64,000 nt of DNA from Bacteroidales bacterium (GTDB lineage: Bacteria > Bacteroidota > Bacteroidia > Bacteroidales > JAIPAP01), in assembly GCA_021740045.1 (NCBI GenBank), contig JAIPAP010000002.1, positions 13,391 to 77,390 of the forward strand, in the 5' to 3' direction. The position numbers and the translations under genes were made by a program. Shown piece after piece: positions 29,031-38,205 of the stretch (its first letter is position 1; each line of letters opens with the position of its first letter). The notes under the pieces are model-generated. The model saw only the letters and a program-made list of their open reading frames with translations, did not search any database and was not told the origin of the DNA.

Positions 29031-29717
29031 TTATATAAGACTAAGGGTTTTATAATAAGTATCGAGATAATCCTGAAGTTTCTTACGGCGGTATTGCATA
29101 ATAAAACGTGGATGTGCAAGAGGTATGATCTCCTTAAACAAGCCTTCACGTTTATTGAGCTTCTGCAGGTAGTTATAATTTTCTCCTTCTCCCAGGCAGA
29201 TCACCGTATCGGTTTTGATACCGAATGAAAGATGTTGCCGCAGACTCCATAGGATAAAAGGCTCCACAGCATGTTTTACAACCTTATCATCATAATAGTT
29301 AAGGTTTTTGCCGTTTTTCACAAATCCCAGGGGTGATACGGCACTGATCAGGTATCGTGCATAAAACCCGGCCGGTCCGCCAAAGCGGTCAATCATTTGA
29401 TAAATGAAATCCGAGGATAGCTCAGGCCTTTTCACAAAACCATTGGAAATACCACATTTTTCCTGCAAGCGGACAGGGTCGGTGAATGGGATGCCGGTAA
29501 CTCCCGCCCCAAAACGCCCTGGGTTAATGCCCAGCAATAAGATACGCTTTTTGTTGTCATCGTAATATTTTTTATAAAACTCACGGCACACGGCCTTAAC
29601 ACCATCATTATTGAATGGGTTCATTACCGATATTCTTTCCGGGAGTTCGACATCCAATTGCAATTGCTCATTAAAAGCGATGATACGGTCGGCCAGGGTT
29701 GTTTTGGTCATAAGCAC
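29031..29717 (-). CDS. uracil-DNA glycosylase superfamily protein (SMUG-like)
   Basis: The motif LLLGINPGRFGAGVTGIPFTDP resembles UDG-superfamily motif 1 and its neighbouring loop. The family assignment is from memory only. Confidence 0.5.
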   Translation of the reverse strand: MLMTKTTLADRIIAFNEQLQLDVELPERISVMNPFNNDGVKAVCREFYKKYYDDNKKRILLLGINPGRFGAGVTGIPFTDPVRLQEKCGISNGFVKRPELSSDFIYQMIDRFGGPAGFYARYLISAVSPLGFVKNGKNLNYYDDKVVKHAVEPFILWSLRQHLSFGIKTDTVICLGEGENYNYLQKLNKREGLFKEIIPLAHPRFIMQYRRKKLQDYLDTYYKTLSLI

Positions 29718-29721
29718 AAAT

Positions 29722-29967
29722 TTATAAAAACCTTCTAATCAACCAAAGCACAAACGAAATAAATGCGCTCAGCAATATCATGCTGGTAATGGGGAAATAA
29801 AACTGGAAATTCTCACGCTTAATGCGGATATCGCCGGGTAGGTTGCCAAACCAGCCGAAAATATTGCCAAACAGCCATATCAACCCACCAATAACAACGA
29901 GTATCAGCCCAATGATCAATATGAGTTTTCCTATGTTATGCATCGTTAAAAAATCGTGCTGATTCAA
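29722..29967 (-). CDS. DUF2905-like small membrane protein
   Basis: Two TM helices flank LPGDIRIKRENFQFYFPITSMILLS, which is characteristic of that family. Confidence 0.6.
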   Translation of the reverse strand: MNQHDFLTMHNIGKLILIIGLILVVIGGLIWLFGNIFGWFGNLPGDIRIKRENFQFYFPITSMILLSAFISFVLWLIRRFL

Positions 29968-30010
29968 TCCTCATAACATATAAATCAAAAAATTGTTATA
30001 TATTCGATAA

Positions 30011-31144
30011 ATGAAGCTTTTGCAGCGTTCAACCATGACAAGATACAAACGCTTAACCATAGTCACAATTGTATTTTCGTTGATAACCATCACCGGGAAC
30101 GGTCAGAACTATGGAAAAACGCTTCTTGACGACTGGCAGCACCCCAATGATGAGGTGCGTTTGCTCAATGGCGCCCGCATTGCTTTTTATAATGTAGAAA
30201 ACCTGTTCTATCCCTATGATGATAGTTTAAAGCTGGATGAGGAATTTACCCCATCGGGATTTCGGCACTGGACCTGGGAAAAGATGGAAACCAAGATCGA
30301 TCACATTTATAAAACCTTTAATGCAATGGGTGGCTGGGAGCTTCCGGCCATCATCGGGTTGTGTGAAGTGGAGAACCGGAAAGTATTAAACCGGCTGATT
30401 TATGAAACGCCACTCTCCCGTTTCAACTACCGGATTGTTCATGAAGAATCACCCGATTTCCGGGGGATCGATGTCGCCCTCCTTTATAATCCCATGAAAT
30501 TCGAATCAAGCTTTCACCGGGCCATTGAAGTGCGGTTTCCGTTCGATACGGTCTCAAGAACACGGGATATTCTTTATGTAAAAGGTCCTTTGCTGAATAA
30601 AGACACCCTGCACATTTTTGTGAACCATTGGCCATCGCGGTACGGAGGTTATGCAGCCACCAAACCCAAACGCAATGAAACCGCCCGCATCCTTCGTCAA
30701 AATGTCGATTCATTGTTTTTGGCTATTAAAGCTCCTCATATTATCATTATGGGCGACTTTAACGATGACCCGGATGATGAGAGCTTATCGCAAATATTGA
30801 ATGCACAACCGGTATCAAGGGTTATTAAAAGGGGAACACTTTACAATCTTATGCAAAATGCCTACCATTCACAATATGGCGGTAGCTTAAAACACCGGGC
30901 GCAATGGAACCTGTTCGATCAAATAATTATATCAAGCAGCTTACTCGATTCCACCGGTGTTTTATCCGTTGAAAACAATAAGGCATATATCTTTGACGCC
31001 CCTTATTTGCTGGAACCGGATGAAAAATTTATGGGGCGGAAACCTTTTAGAACCTATTCGGGCCCGCGCTATTTGGGCGGTTTCAGCGACCATTTACCGG
31101 TTTTTATTGATGTAATGTTGAATGAAAAAGACGCGCGTGAATAA
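30011..31144 (+). CDS. endonuclease/exonuclease/phosphatase (EEP) family protein
   Basis: Signal/anchor segment. EEP motifs GLCEVEN, VNHWPS, GDFND and SDHLPV. Confidence 0.8.
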   Translation: MKLLQRSTMTRYKRLTIVTIVFSLITITGNGQNYGKTLLDDWQHPNDEVRLLNGARIAFYNVENLFYPYDDSLKLDEEFTPSGFRHWTWEKMETKIDHIYKTFNAMGGWELPAIIGLCEVENRKVLNRLIYETPLSRFNYRIVHEESPDFRGIDVALLYNPMKFESSFHRAIEVRFPFDTVSRTRDILYVKGPLLNKDTLHIFVNHWPSRYGGYAATKPKRNETARILRQNVDSLFLAIKAPHIIIMGDFNDDPDDESLSQILNAQPVSRVIKRGTLYNLMQNAYHSQYGGSLKHRAQWNLFDQIIISSSLLDSTGVLSVENNKAYIFDAPYLLEPDEKFMGRKPFRTYSGPRYLGGFSDHLPVFIDVMLNEKDARE

Positions 31145-31979
31145 AACGGAAAATAAACAATCTTTTAAGCTACTGATCAATGCCACCCTTGTGTATATAC
31201 TGGCTTACCTGTTGATCTATGTTATGCACCAGGTCGCCACGGTTTTTGTGGCCTGGGATTTCTGGATCGACTCCAAGGTGTTGTATTATACGATCAGCTT
31301 CCTCTCACCCCGTTCATCTCCATTATGGTCATTCGATGCCACCGTATCAGTATTTTTGGCCGGACCCATTATTTCACTTTTACTAGGCATGATCTTTTTA
31401 ACAACGGTTAACTGGCTAACAAAATATAAACCTCATTTGCTCAACCTGTTTTTCATCTGGTGTTTTCTGCATGGTTTCAACTTCTTTTTCGGTGGGTTTA
31501 TCGATGGCATCCTAACCAATACCGGTTCATCCTATGTCGCAAAGATCATGGAGCTAAGTGAGGTGATCATTATCGACCTGATCATTATTGCAGTTTACTT
31601 GATGTTCCTGATCGGCGGTTATTCTTCAAAAATTTTCATTCTTTATTCACGGGGATTGAAAGCAACAACAGCACAGGAGCATTTCCGGTTGTTTACTATT
31701 CATTTTGTTCTGCCCTGGCTGATAGGGAGCACAGTATTGATCCTGTACAAAGCACCTCAATTCCCATTAAACGAATTGCTCATTCACCTTACCATGATTA
31801 TCTTTTTGGGGCCTGCCTTGTATTATCACCAACAGCTCAAAAAATCGAATGTACCTGTGCAGCCTATAAGACAACATCACAGGATACGCTGGGAACTAAT
31901 TGCTTTGGTCATAGCAACGCTTGCCGTTATTCGCTTTGGGTTGGATGAGGCTTTGGTGATCAATAATCCGGTAATTTAG
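31122..31979 (+). CDS. multi-pass membrane protein, unknown function
   Basis: Roughly seven hydrophobic helices and no recognisable motif. It overlaps both neighbours by about 20 nt. Confidence 0.5.
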   Translation: MKKTRVNKTENKQSFKLLINATLVYILAYLLIYVMHQVATVFVAWDFWIDSKVLYYTISFLSPRSSPLWSFDATVSVFLAGPIISLLLGMIFLTTVNWLTKYKPHLLNLFFIWCFLHGFNFFFGGFIDGILTNTGSSYVAKIMELSEVIIIDLIIIAVYLMFLIGGYSSKIFILYSRGLKATTAQEHFRLFTIHFVLPWLIGSTVLILYKAPQFPLNELLIHLTMIIFLGPALYYHQQLKKSNVPVQPIRQHHRIRWELIALVIATLAVIRFGLDEALVINNPVI

Positions 31980-34080
31980 GCGAGAGATCAACAATATAGG
32001 CGCCATCCCTGCTTACGGCATGAAAGGCAATATTCAAATTCCTGCATTCCTCTATCCAATCCTCAAGATCCCACCATTTAACCGAAGAATCAAAAATCAG
32101 GAAATCGAACTTAAAAAGCTTTAAAAGCTCTTTCATCGCTAAGATGTTATCTTGATTAATCACCAGGTAATCCGTTTCAAAAACCCGGTTGGTTGCCATA
32201 TTCCGGGGTAAATTTCGTAAAAGGGTAATCCGTTTTTGACCAAGCCCGATCACATCAAAATATTGGCAGCAGGCTATAGAAGGATGCTCATTTGTGTTCC
32301 GGTAAGTAATTGTTTTAATGCCATTCATAAGGCGGTGATCATCCACATAAAAGCCGGCAAGTTGCCTGTTGGCTTTTACCGCACTATCGACAAAAGCTAT
32401 AGCTTTATCCTTATGAATAAGATCATAGCCCGAATGCCCCGGTATATCATAAACAATAAACTTTTGCTGCCTGGCAGTGTGATAATCCCTAAACACTCCA
32501 AAGCCCGCAAAAAGTATTAGCAGGCACAATGACAATTGTAGTTTTTTCGCACGCGGGGTCAATAAAAACAAACCCATGGTAAGGAATAACCCGTATATTA
32601 TAAAAGCCTCGGTCCAGGAGATGACCAATCCATCAAATGTTGATGCAGGCAATCCTTCGATAAACGAAACCGATTCATTCATAAACCTTACCAAGTAAGC
32701 AAGGATTGCTGCAAAAAATGAAGAAACAAGCGGAATAAATGACAAAACAAGCACTAATAAGCCGGCATAGATGATAAAACCCGCCAGGGGTATAACAATA
32801 AGATTTGTTAACAGGAAAAATGCCGGAAACTGGTGAAAATAATGAACGGCAATAGGGAATGTTGCCAATTGGGCTGCTATGGAAACGGTAATAATAGCCC
32901 AGGCTTTATCCAGTAGCCACCAATCAGGCACCCATAATTTATACAAATATGGTTGCATTGCAACAATACCAAGTACTGCTACATACGACAACTGAAAGCC
33001 CACCTGGGTGATCATATAAGGGTTAATGAGTAATAGCAGGAAAGCCGAAGCAGCCAGGGTATTGTAGATATTGGTATGCCGTTTCATGGAAGTACCGATG
33101 GTGACGAAACTGAACATAGTAGAAGCCCGCAACACCGAAGGTGAAAAACCGGTTATCATGGCATAACACCATATGATGAGTAAGATGAGAACCACTCTCA
33201 ACACCCTTATCCACTTTTTCCGCTTCATAAATCCCAGCATGCCACTGATGATCAGGTATATAATCCCTACATGTAAGCCTGAAACGCATAAGACATGCAT
33301 GGCCCCGGCTCCGGCGAATTTTTGCCTGAGGTCATCATCCAGCGTATCGCGGTATCCCAGTATTAAGGCCGATACTACGGCGTACTCATCTCCGGCAATA
33401 TCATGGGCTTTGAATATATTCAAAAATCGGCTGCGAAGATCGTAGGCGGTGCGATATAGTGGATTGCCCCTGCCCTTTTCAAAAAATTTCCATTCATGGG
33501 AAGGCTTGTAGGTGCTATGGTATACACCTTGGTTGGCAAGATATTTTCGATAATCGAACTGATGCGGGTTTGTAGGTGGTTCAACAGCATCAAGCCCACC
33601 TTTTATCAAAATGCGATCACCATATGATAACTGATTGGCCGCTGAATCATTCTGAAGATAAAGAATGGCACATCCTGAGGATTGATGGTTCCTTGCAGAA
33701 TCTATTACTTGCTCAATATCAACAACCACCTTCACTGAGTTGGGCTTATCAACAGGTTGTTCCGTTATTCTCCCGAGCAGTACCGAATTCTGATGATCTA
33801 AATGACTAAAATGGTCTTCCTGAAAAATGGGTGTATTTTGAACAGCTAGTTCGTAACCGGTTCCCATCAATAATAAATTGATTAATAAGCCGTATATCCA
33901 ACGGGTACGGTAAGTTATCCATTTACGGTGGAATGAAACCATTAAAATAAGAATGCTAATCGCTACTGCAAAAACAAACAGAGGTATATGCAAGGGAATG
34001 TGCAGATATAAAGCTATCATTATACCTGCAATGAAAGGCAACAACAGACGCACCATAGGATAGCGACTCCAGATTTGCAT
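31960..34080 (-). CDS. comEC: ComEC/Rec2-family DNA internalisation channel protein
   Basis: N-terminal TM/OB-like region, then the polytopic competence domain with GAGAMHVLCVSGLHVGII. Confidence 0.8.
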   Translation of the reverse strand: MQIWSRYPMVRLLLPFIAGIMIALYLHIPLHIPLFVFAVAISILILMVSFHRKWITYRTRWIYGLLINLLLMGTGYELAVQNTPIFQEDHFSHLDHQNSVLLGRITEQPVDKPNSVKVVVDIEQVIDSARNHQSSGCAILYLQNDSAANQLSYGDRILIKGGLDAVEPPTNPHQFDYRKYLANQGVYHSTYKPSHEWKFFEKGRGNPLYRTAYDLRSRFLNIFKAHDIAGDEYAVVSALILGYRDTLDDDLRQKFAGAGAMHVLCVSGLHVGIIYLIISGMLGFMKRKKWIRVLRVVLILLIIWCYAMITGFSPSVLRASTMFSFVTIGTSMKRHTNIYNTLAASAFLLLLINPYMITQVGFQLSYVAVLGIVAMQPYLYKLWVPDWWLLDKAWAIITVSIAAQLATFPIAVHYFHQFPAFFLLTNLIVIPLAGFIIYAGLLVLVLSFIPLVSSFFAAILAYLVRFMNESVSFIEGLPASTFDGLVISWTEAFIIYGLFLTMGLFLLTPRAKKLQLSLCLLILFAGFGVFRDYHTARQQKFIVYDIPGHSGYDLIHKDKAIAFVDSAVKANRQLAGFYVDDHRLMNGIKTITYRNTNEHPSIACCQYFDVIGLGQKRITLLRNLPRNMATNRVFETDYLVINQDNILAMKELLKLFKFDFLIFDSSVKWWDLEDWIEECRNLNIAFHAVSRDGAYIVDLSPKLPDY

Positions 34081-34209
34081 GGCCGGGAATTTTACGGTAT
34101 AAATATAAACAAAAAGTCGTGATTTTTCAATAGCATCTGAGCATTAAATACCAGCATAGCTATCTATGGAGATGAATGCTTAAATTATGAAATGCATGAA
34201 AACAAAAGA

Positions 34210-34779
34210 TTAATAAACTTTGGGTTTAAAGTCCTTTTTATTAATGATGGATGAGCTATTGCCTGTAGCTTTGATCACAAACAGGCCTTTACCCTCTGCC
34301 ATCTTCGAGCAACCTGAATCTTCCGTTAAAAAGGCAACGGCTCCGTAAACAATATTTTCGCTATACCGCGGAATCCAGTTCTTCAGTTTGTCAAGTTTCT
34401 TCAAGAAATTTTTTATATCGCTTGGCCGCAATGTGGTTTTAACCTCAACCACAACAATTTCCTTGCTGTTTTCGGCAATTATATCAAATTCATAACTTTC
34501 GCCTTGATAATTTCCTTTAACGCGCTGGTTGGTTCGTTCAACGGGTATACCCCATTCATTCAACAAGTGCACCAAATCACCCTCAACCAGCGATTCAACC
34601 AGTTTACCCCATTGCGAAGTAAATAGTGCCGAGAGTTCCTTAATCTTCTTATCGGTTTCTCTCATTTGCTGACTTGTTTCCTTGAACATCTTCCAGACAT
34701 CATCGAAACTCAGTGGCTTTTCGTAGAAAACATCGGGTTCTTCAGCTTTATTTCTGTCCTTCTTTGCACTCATTCTCAA
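34210..34779 (-). CDS. PD-(D/E)XK nuclease-fold-like protein, unknown function
   Basis: N-terminal helical region. The C-terminal half has FDIIAEN...VVVEVKTTL, a D...E.K arrangement. Confidence 0.45.
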   Translation of the reverse strand: MRMSAKKDRNKAEEPDVFYEKPLSFDDVWKMFKETSQQMRETDKKIKELSALFTSQWGKLVESLVEGDLVHLLNEWGIPVERTNQRVKGNYQGESYEFDIIAENSKEIVVVEVKTTLRPSDIKNFLKKLDKLKNWIPRYSENIVYGAVAFLTEDSGCSKMAEGKGLFVIKATGNSSSIINKKDFKPKVY

Positions 34780-34839
34780 TGGCTTTTAACAAAGATATAA
34801 CAAAAAACAATTAAATGATATTGCTTTCGCCTTGCTGTT

Positions 34840-36375
34840 TTAAAAACCAAACTCCTCCGTCCTTATTTTCTGGATCAGCGATTTAGCCTTTTCAATAGCG
34901 CCCATTGCCTGTCCATTACAATATGCCGTAAGAAAATCTATGGCCTTAACCTTATCATCCTGCCAGAGTTGCAGGGCAGTTTGCTCAATAGCCTGTTGGT
35001 TGGTATATTGCTTCTTTTCAAAAACTTCCCAAACCGGTCTTACCTGCTTGATGTGTTTCCTATAATTCAGATCGGTCAGGTTTTCCAAGGTGTTAAAAAC
35101 CCAGAAAGTTTTATCATGATTGTATTGCCACACCTTTTCTGGGGGATCGAAATGCCACTTAAGGTTAACCGGTTCCTTTGGATAATCATAATGATAAGCA
35201 TCAGAAATTTCATTTACGCCTAAATACCAGGGAGTAAGCACCGAAGAGCAGGAGGCTGCCGTTGTTCGCCAATAAACACACCCAATTTCCTTGGGCAAGC
35301 CGGAGCGTAATTGGAAAACGGCCGCTTCCTGGTTAGCCTGGTGACAAATCATACCATCTCCCGACCCCATCAAGTCATGAGGAGAGCCTTTTTTATAATG
35401 ATCGCTCTGATCAAAGCGGGTACCTTCCAGGTGATCGCTCATAATATCACGCATATCGTCTATGGTAAGCTTTTTATGAGGCTTAACCGCAAAAGGTAAA
35501 CGGTCGTTAATGGGTAGGGGAATATCTTTCCCGGTCACCAGGCACTGCCCGCGCCATTGCCTTGGATCGCAATGGTATTTTTTTATGAACCTGGAATTCC
35601 TTCGCTTGTCATAAGCTTTTGAAAAATTAAATGGCTCTCCAGTACCTGGTTCATACCAGCCTTTTTCAATGGCATGATCGATAAGAGCGGGTGATCCCAA
35701 AAAATTATTGGTATCTTCCAGGTTAACCTCATTGATCAGGTTCACATTGGCAAGGACCACCACCTTATTATCCGGTACCCGTTGTGCCACCCACTGGTTT
35801 CCCCTGACTACCGAAACCAGCCAGGCTTCATTGGGATCAGCAATTGAAAAAGTTACGCCCGAACCATCATAACCAAAATTCTCCATGAGCTCACCAATTA
35901 GCTTCACGCCTTCTTTTGCTGTCCTGGCACGTTGTGCAACCAAAATACGCATCATAAAGCCAATGCCTCCGTGCTTGATCGCACCGCTTTTTACCAGCTC
36001 TTCATAGGATCCTTCACGCGTATGGGTGCCGTCGCTAACTATGGCAACTCCATGTTCATTCAGGCAGGCATCGCTTCCTTTACTCCCAAAATTCTCCGAC
36101 CACATAAAGCGATACGTTTCCTCAACCTGGGGCATGGTTCCGCCATGATACAACTTTACCACCTCGCCTTCTTCAAATTGCATCCGTGGAACAATATTGA
36201 AATTCAGGAACCGCTGTCCGTGGTTTAGCTCACTATGAGCAAGCATTACCGAGCCATCGGCTGTGGCATCCTTGCCGGCAATAATAGCATAGCAAGCATA
36301 TGCCTCCGGTTTGATGATCAATAGCTGTAAAAGAATAGCAAATAGTACAGTGAGCGAAAAATGAGTTGATCTCAT
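34840..36375 (-). CDS. C69-family dipeptidase
   Basis: The signal peptide ends directly before the nucleophile-type Cys in ACYAIIAGKDATADGSVMLAHSE. Length is about 510 aa. Confidence 0.7.
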   Translation of the reverse strand: MRSTHFSLTVLFAILLQLLIIKPEAYACYAIIAGKDATADGSVMLAHSELNHGQRFLNFNIVPRMQFEEGEVVKLYHGGTMPQVEETYRFMWSENFGSKGSDACLNEHGVAIVSDGTHTREGSYEELVKSGAIKHGGIGFMMRILVAQRARTAKEGVKLIGELMENFGYDGSGVTFSIADPNEAWLVSVVRGNQWVAQRVPDNKVVVLANVNLINEVNLEDTNNFLGSPALIDHAIEKGWYEPGTGEPFNFSKAYDKRRNSRFIKKYHCDPRQWRGQCLVTGKDIPLPINDRLPFAVKPHKKLTIDDMRDIMSDHLEGTRFDQSDHYKKGSPHDLMGSGDGMICHQANQEAAVFQLRSGLPKEIGCVYWRTTAASCSSVLTPWYLGVNEISDAYHYDYPKEPVNLKWHFDPPEKVWQYNHDKTFWVFNTLENLTDLNYRKHIKQVRPVWEVFEKKQYTNQQAIEQTALQLWQDDKVKAIDFLTAYCNGQAMGAIEKAKSLIQKIRTEEFGF

Positions 36376-36388
36376 AATAAGTTTCGTT

Positions 36389-37195
36389 TTATGGTTGAAA
36401 TTTGGTTTTGATCTTACGCATCAGGTCTGAATCAACACCCTGGGCTGTGTTGCCCGATGATTTACAGGTAAAATAAATGGAAGCGGCTTTGGCCAAAATG
36501 TCTAACCGGTCGAAGGCTTCCTGGACATCATTTCCAATAGCAAATCCACCATGCTTCTCCCAGATCACAGCTTTATGTGATTTGAACTTTTCAACGGTTG
36601 CATGGGCAATCTCCTCTGTTCCCGGCATGATGGAGGGAACCAAGCCAGCCCCATGAGGGAGCATCATCGGAATTTCTGGGTGCATGGACCATAGCAGGTT
36701 GTTCAGGTTTTCCTCCCCGGTGTATTCTTCAATGTGGGTTAGTGCGATCAATTCTGTTACATGGGCATGAACAATGGCCCTTTCAGGCATGCCATGCTTC
36801 ACCATCATTTGATGAACCGCTAGGTGAGTGGGCAATTCGGAGGTGGGTTTAAAATCCACTTCCTGATCTACCGAAACAGGAAATATTTTGTACCGGCCGG
36901 CCTTTTCATTTAGCTGTATGATCAGCATCCCGTTTTGCGACGATTGTGCAATCTGACGCATGCGTTTTCCGGCGCCGGTCAACACAAAGATAGCATCCTC
37001 CAACCCCGGATAAGCTTTGGGAAGCTCATAACCGGCAACAGCCGATTCGGCCGAATGATAGGTCTGCGGCAATTCATCAATGCGAATGGACATGTTTCCG
37101 GCGTTCGCCTCGGCCCACCCCTTCTCCCATAAAAAACGGGCAATCTCAGGGATAGAACTGGATAATTGTGCTATAATATCGCTTCCTGCTGACAT
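36389..37195 (-). CDS. rhaD: rhamnulose-1-phosphate aldolase (class II aldolase family)
   Basis: The segments WEKGWAEANAGNMSIR, PTSELPTHLAVH, AIVHAHVTELIALT and PGTEEIA line up with E. coli RhaD as recalled. Confidence 0.7.
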   Translation of the reverse strand: MSAGSDIIAQLSSSIPEIARFLWEKGWAEANAGNMSIRIDELPQTYHSAESAVAGYELPKAYPGLEDAIFVLTGAGKRMRQIAQSSQNGMLIIQLNEKAGRYKIFPVSVDQEVDFKPTSELPTHLAVHQMMVKHGMPERAIVHAHVTELIALTHIEEYTGEENLNNLLWSMHPEIPMMLPHGAGLVPSIMPGTEEIAHATVEKFKSHKAVIWEKHGGFAIGNDVQEAFDRLDILAKAASIYFTCKSSGNTAQGVDSDLMRKIKTKFQP

Positions 37196-37251
37196 TCTTG
37201 GGTTTTATTTTTTCGAAAATAAGAAAAACCTCTTATATCGATATTACAGGA

Positions 37252-37485
37252 TTATTGCGCCAAATTCTTAACTACTTCGTTTTTAATTGATTCAGCAGCA
37301 AATTTCAAGCATGCATATATATCCTCGTCATTTATCCTTGGGTATGCTTCCTTTATTTCTTCGATGACATCACCTTCACCAAGTTTTTCAAGAATTAAAT
37401 CAACCGGTATTCTTGTATTCTTGATTACCGGTTTCCCAAACATTATATTGGGATTTGATTCTATATGTAATTTCCAATTTACCAT
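37252..37485 (-). CDS. DUF433 domain protein (antitoxin-like, orphan)
   Basis: GKPVIKNTRIPVDLILEKLGEGDVIEEIKEAYPRINDEDIYACLKFA is the typical DUF433 core. Confidence 0.7.
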   Translation of the reverse strand: MVNWKLHIESNPNIMFGKPVIKNTRIPVDLILEKLGEGDVIEEIKEAYPRINDEDIYACLKFAAESIKNEVVKNLAQ

Positions 37486-37603
37486 ATTGTTATCAAAATT
37501 AATACATTTTTATCAAACACTTACCTTGGCAACTTAGTATGTAGTAGTTTTTTACACTCAATCCACAATCCAAATCAACTAGGGGTATTCACCCCTAATA
37601 TTC

Positions 37604-38032
37604 TCACGGTATCGCCACATTCGGACTCTGACCCAAAATATCTCTGTCTTTTATCTTTTCTTCATAAACAAAATAATAAAACAGCTTATGATCAATTTCC
37701 ACCGGGTAATCTACATCACGCCTATAATTGATAGGTTCATTGGTCCAGGCTAGGCCTCCGGAATTCCAGACATCTACATACCTGCTATTCCAGCTTTCAT
37801 AATAGGACTCCGAAAAATAATCCATCGGCTGGCTATGCGTAGTATACCAGGTTTCAAACCGGGCATCGAAGACAATTAGTTTGTATTCGGTGGAGTCATT
37901 TCCATTGTTCTTTTCATTCTTGATGGCAACGTCTTTCTGGGTGCCACAGGCTGCTACAATAGCCATAATGATCACCGCGATTAATGGTTGAACAAACCGT
38001 ATCATAATATATCCTTTTTGAATATACATCAA
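37604..38032 (-). CDS. small lipoprotein, unknown function
   Basis: Lipobox IVAACG. The likely true start is MIRFVQ at 38005. Confidence 0.5.
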   Translation of the reverse strand: MMYIQKGYIMIRFVQPLIAVIIMAIVAACGTQKDVAIKNEKNNGNDSTEYKLIVFDARFETWYTTHSQPMDYFSESYYESWNSRYVDVWNSGGLAWTNEPINYRRDVDYPVEIDHKLFYYFVYEEKIKDRDILGQSPNVAIP

Positions 38033-38092
38033 AAACTATGCAGGAGGTTATCCACTCCTATCATTAATGAACTCAACTTACAATAGATAAGC

Positions 38093-38196
38093 AATCAACA
38101 AATCAACAAATCAACAAATCAACAAATTAACGAATTAACCAATTAACCAATTGACCAATTGACCAATCCACAATCCCACCATCCAATCAATTCCAC
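38093..38196 (+). repeat. 8-bp tandem repeat array, about 13 units of AAT(C/T)(A/G)AC(A/C)
   Basis: aatcaaca x4, aattaacg, aattaacc x2, aattgacc x2, then degenerate units. It lies immediately 3-prime of the nuclease stop codon and is related to the 20893-21108 unit. Confidence 0.9.
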
Positions 38197-38205
38197 CAAT
38201 TTATC

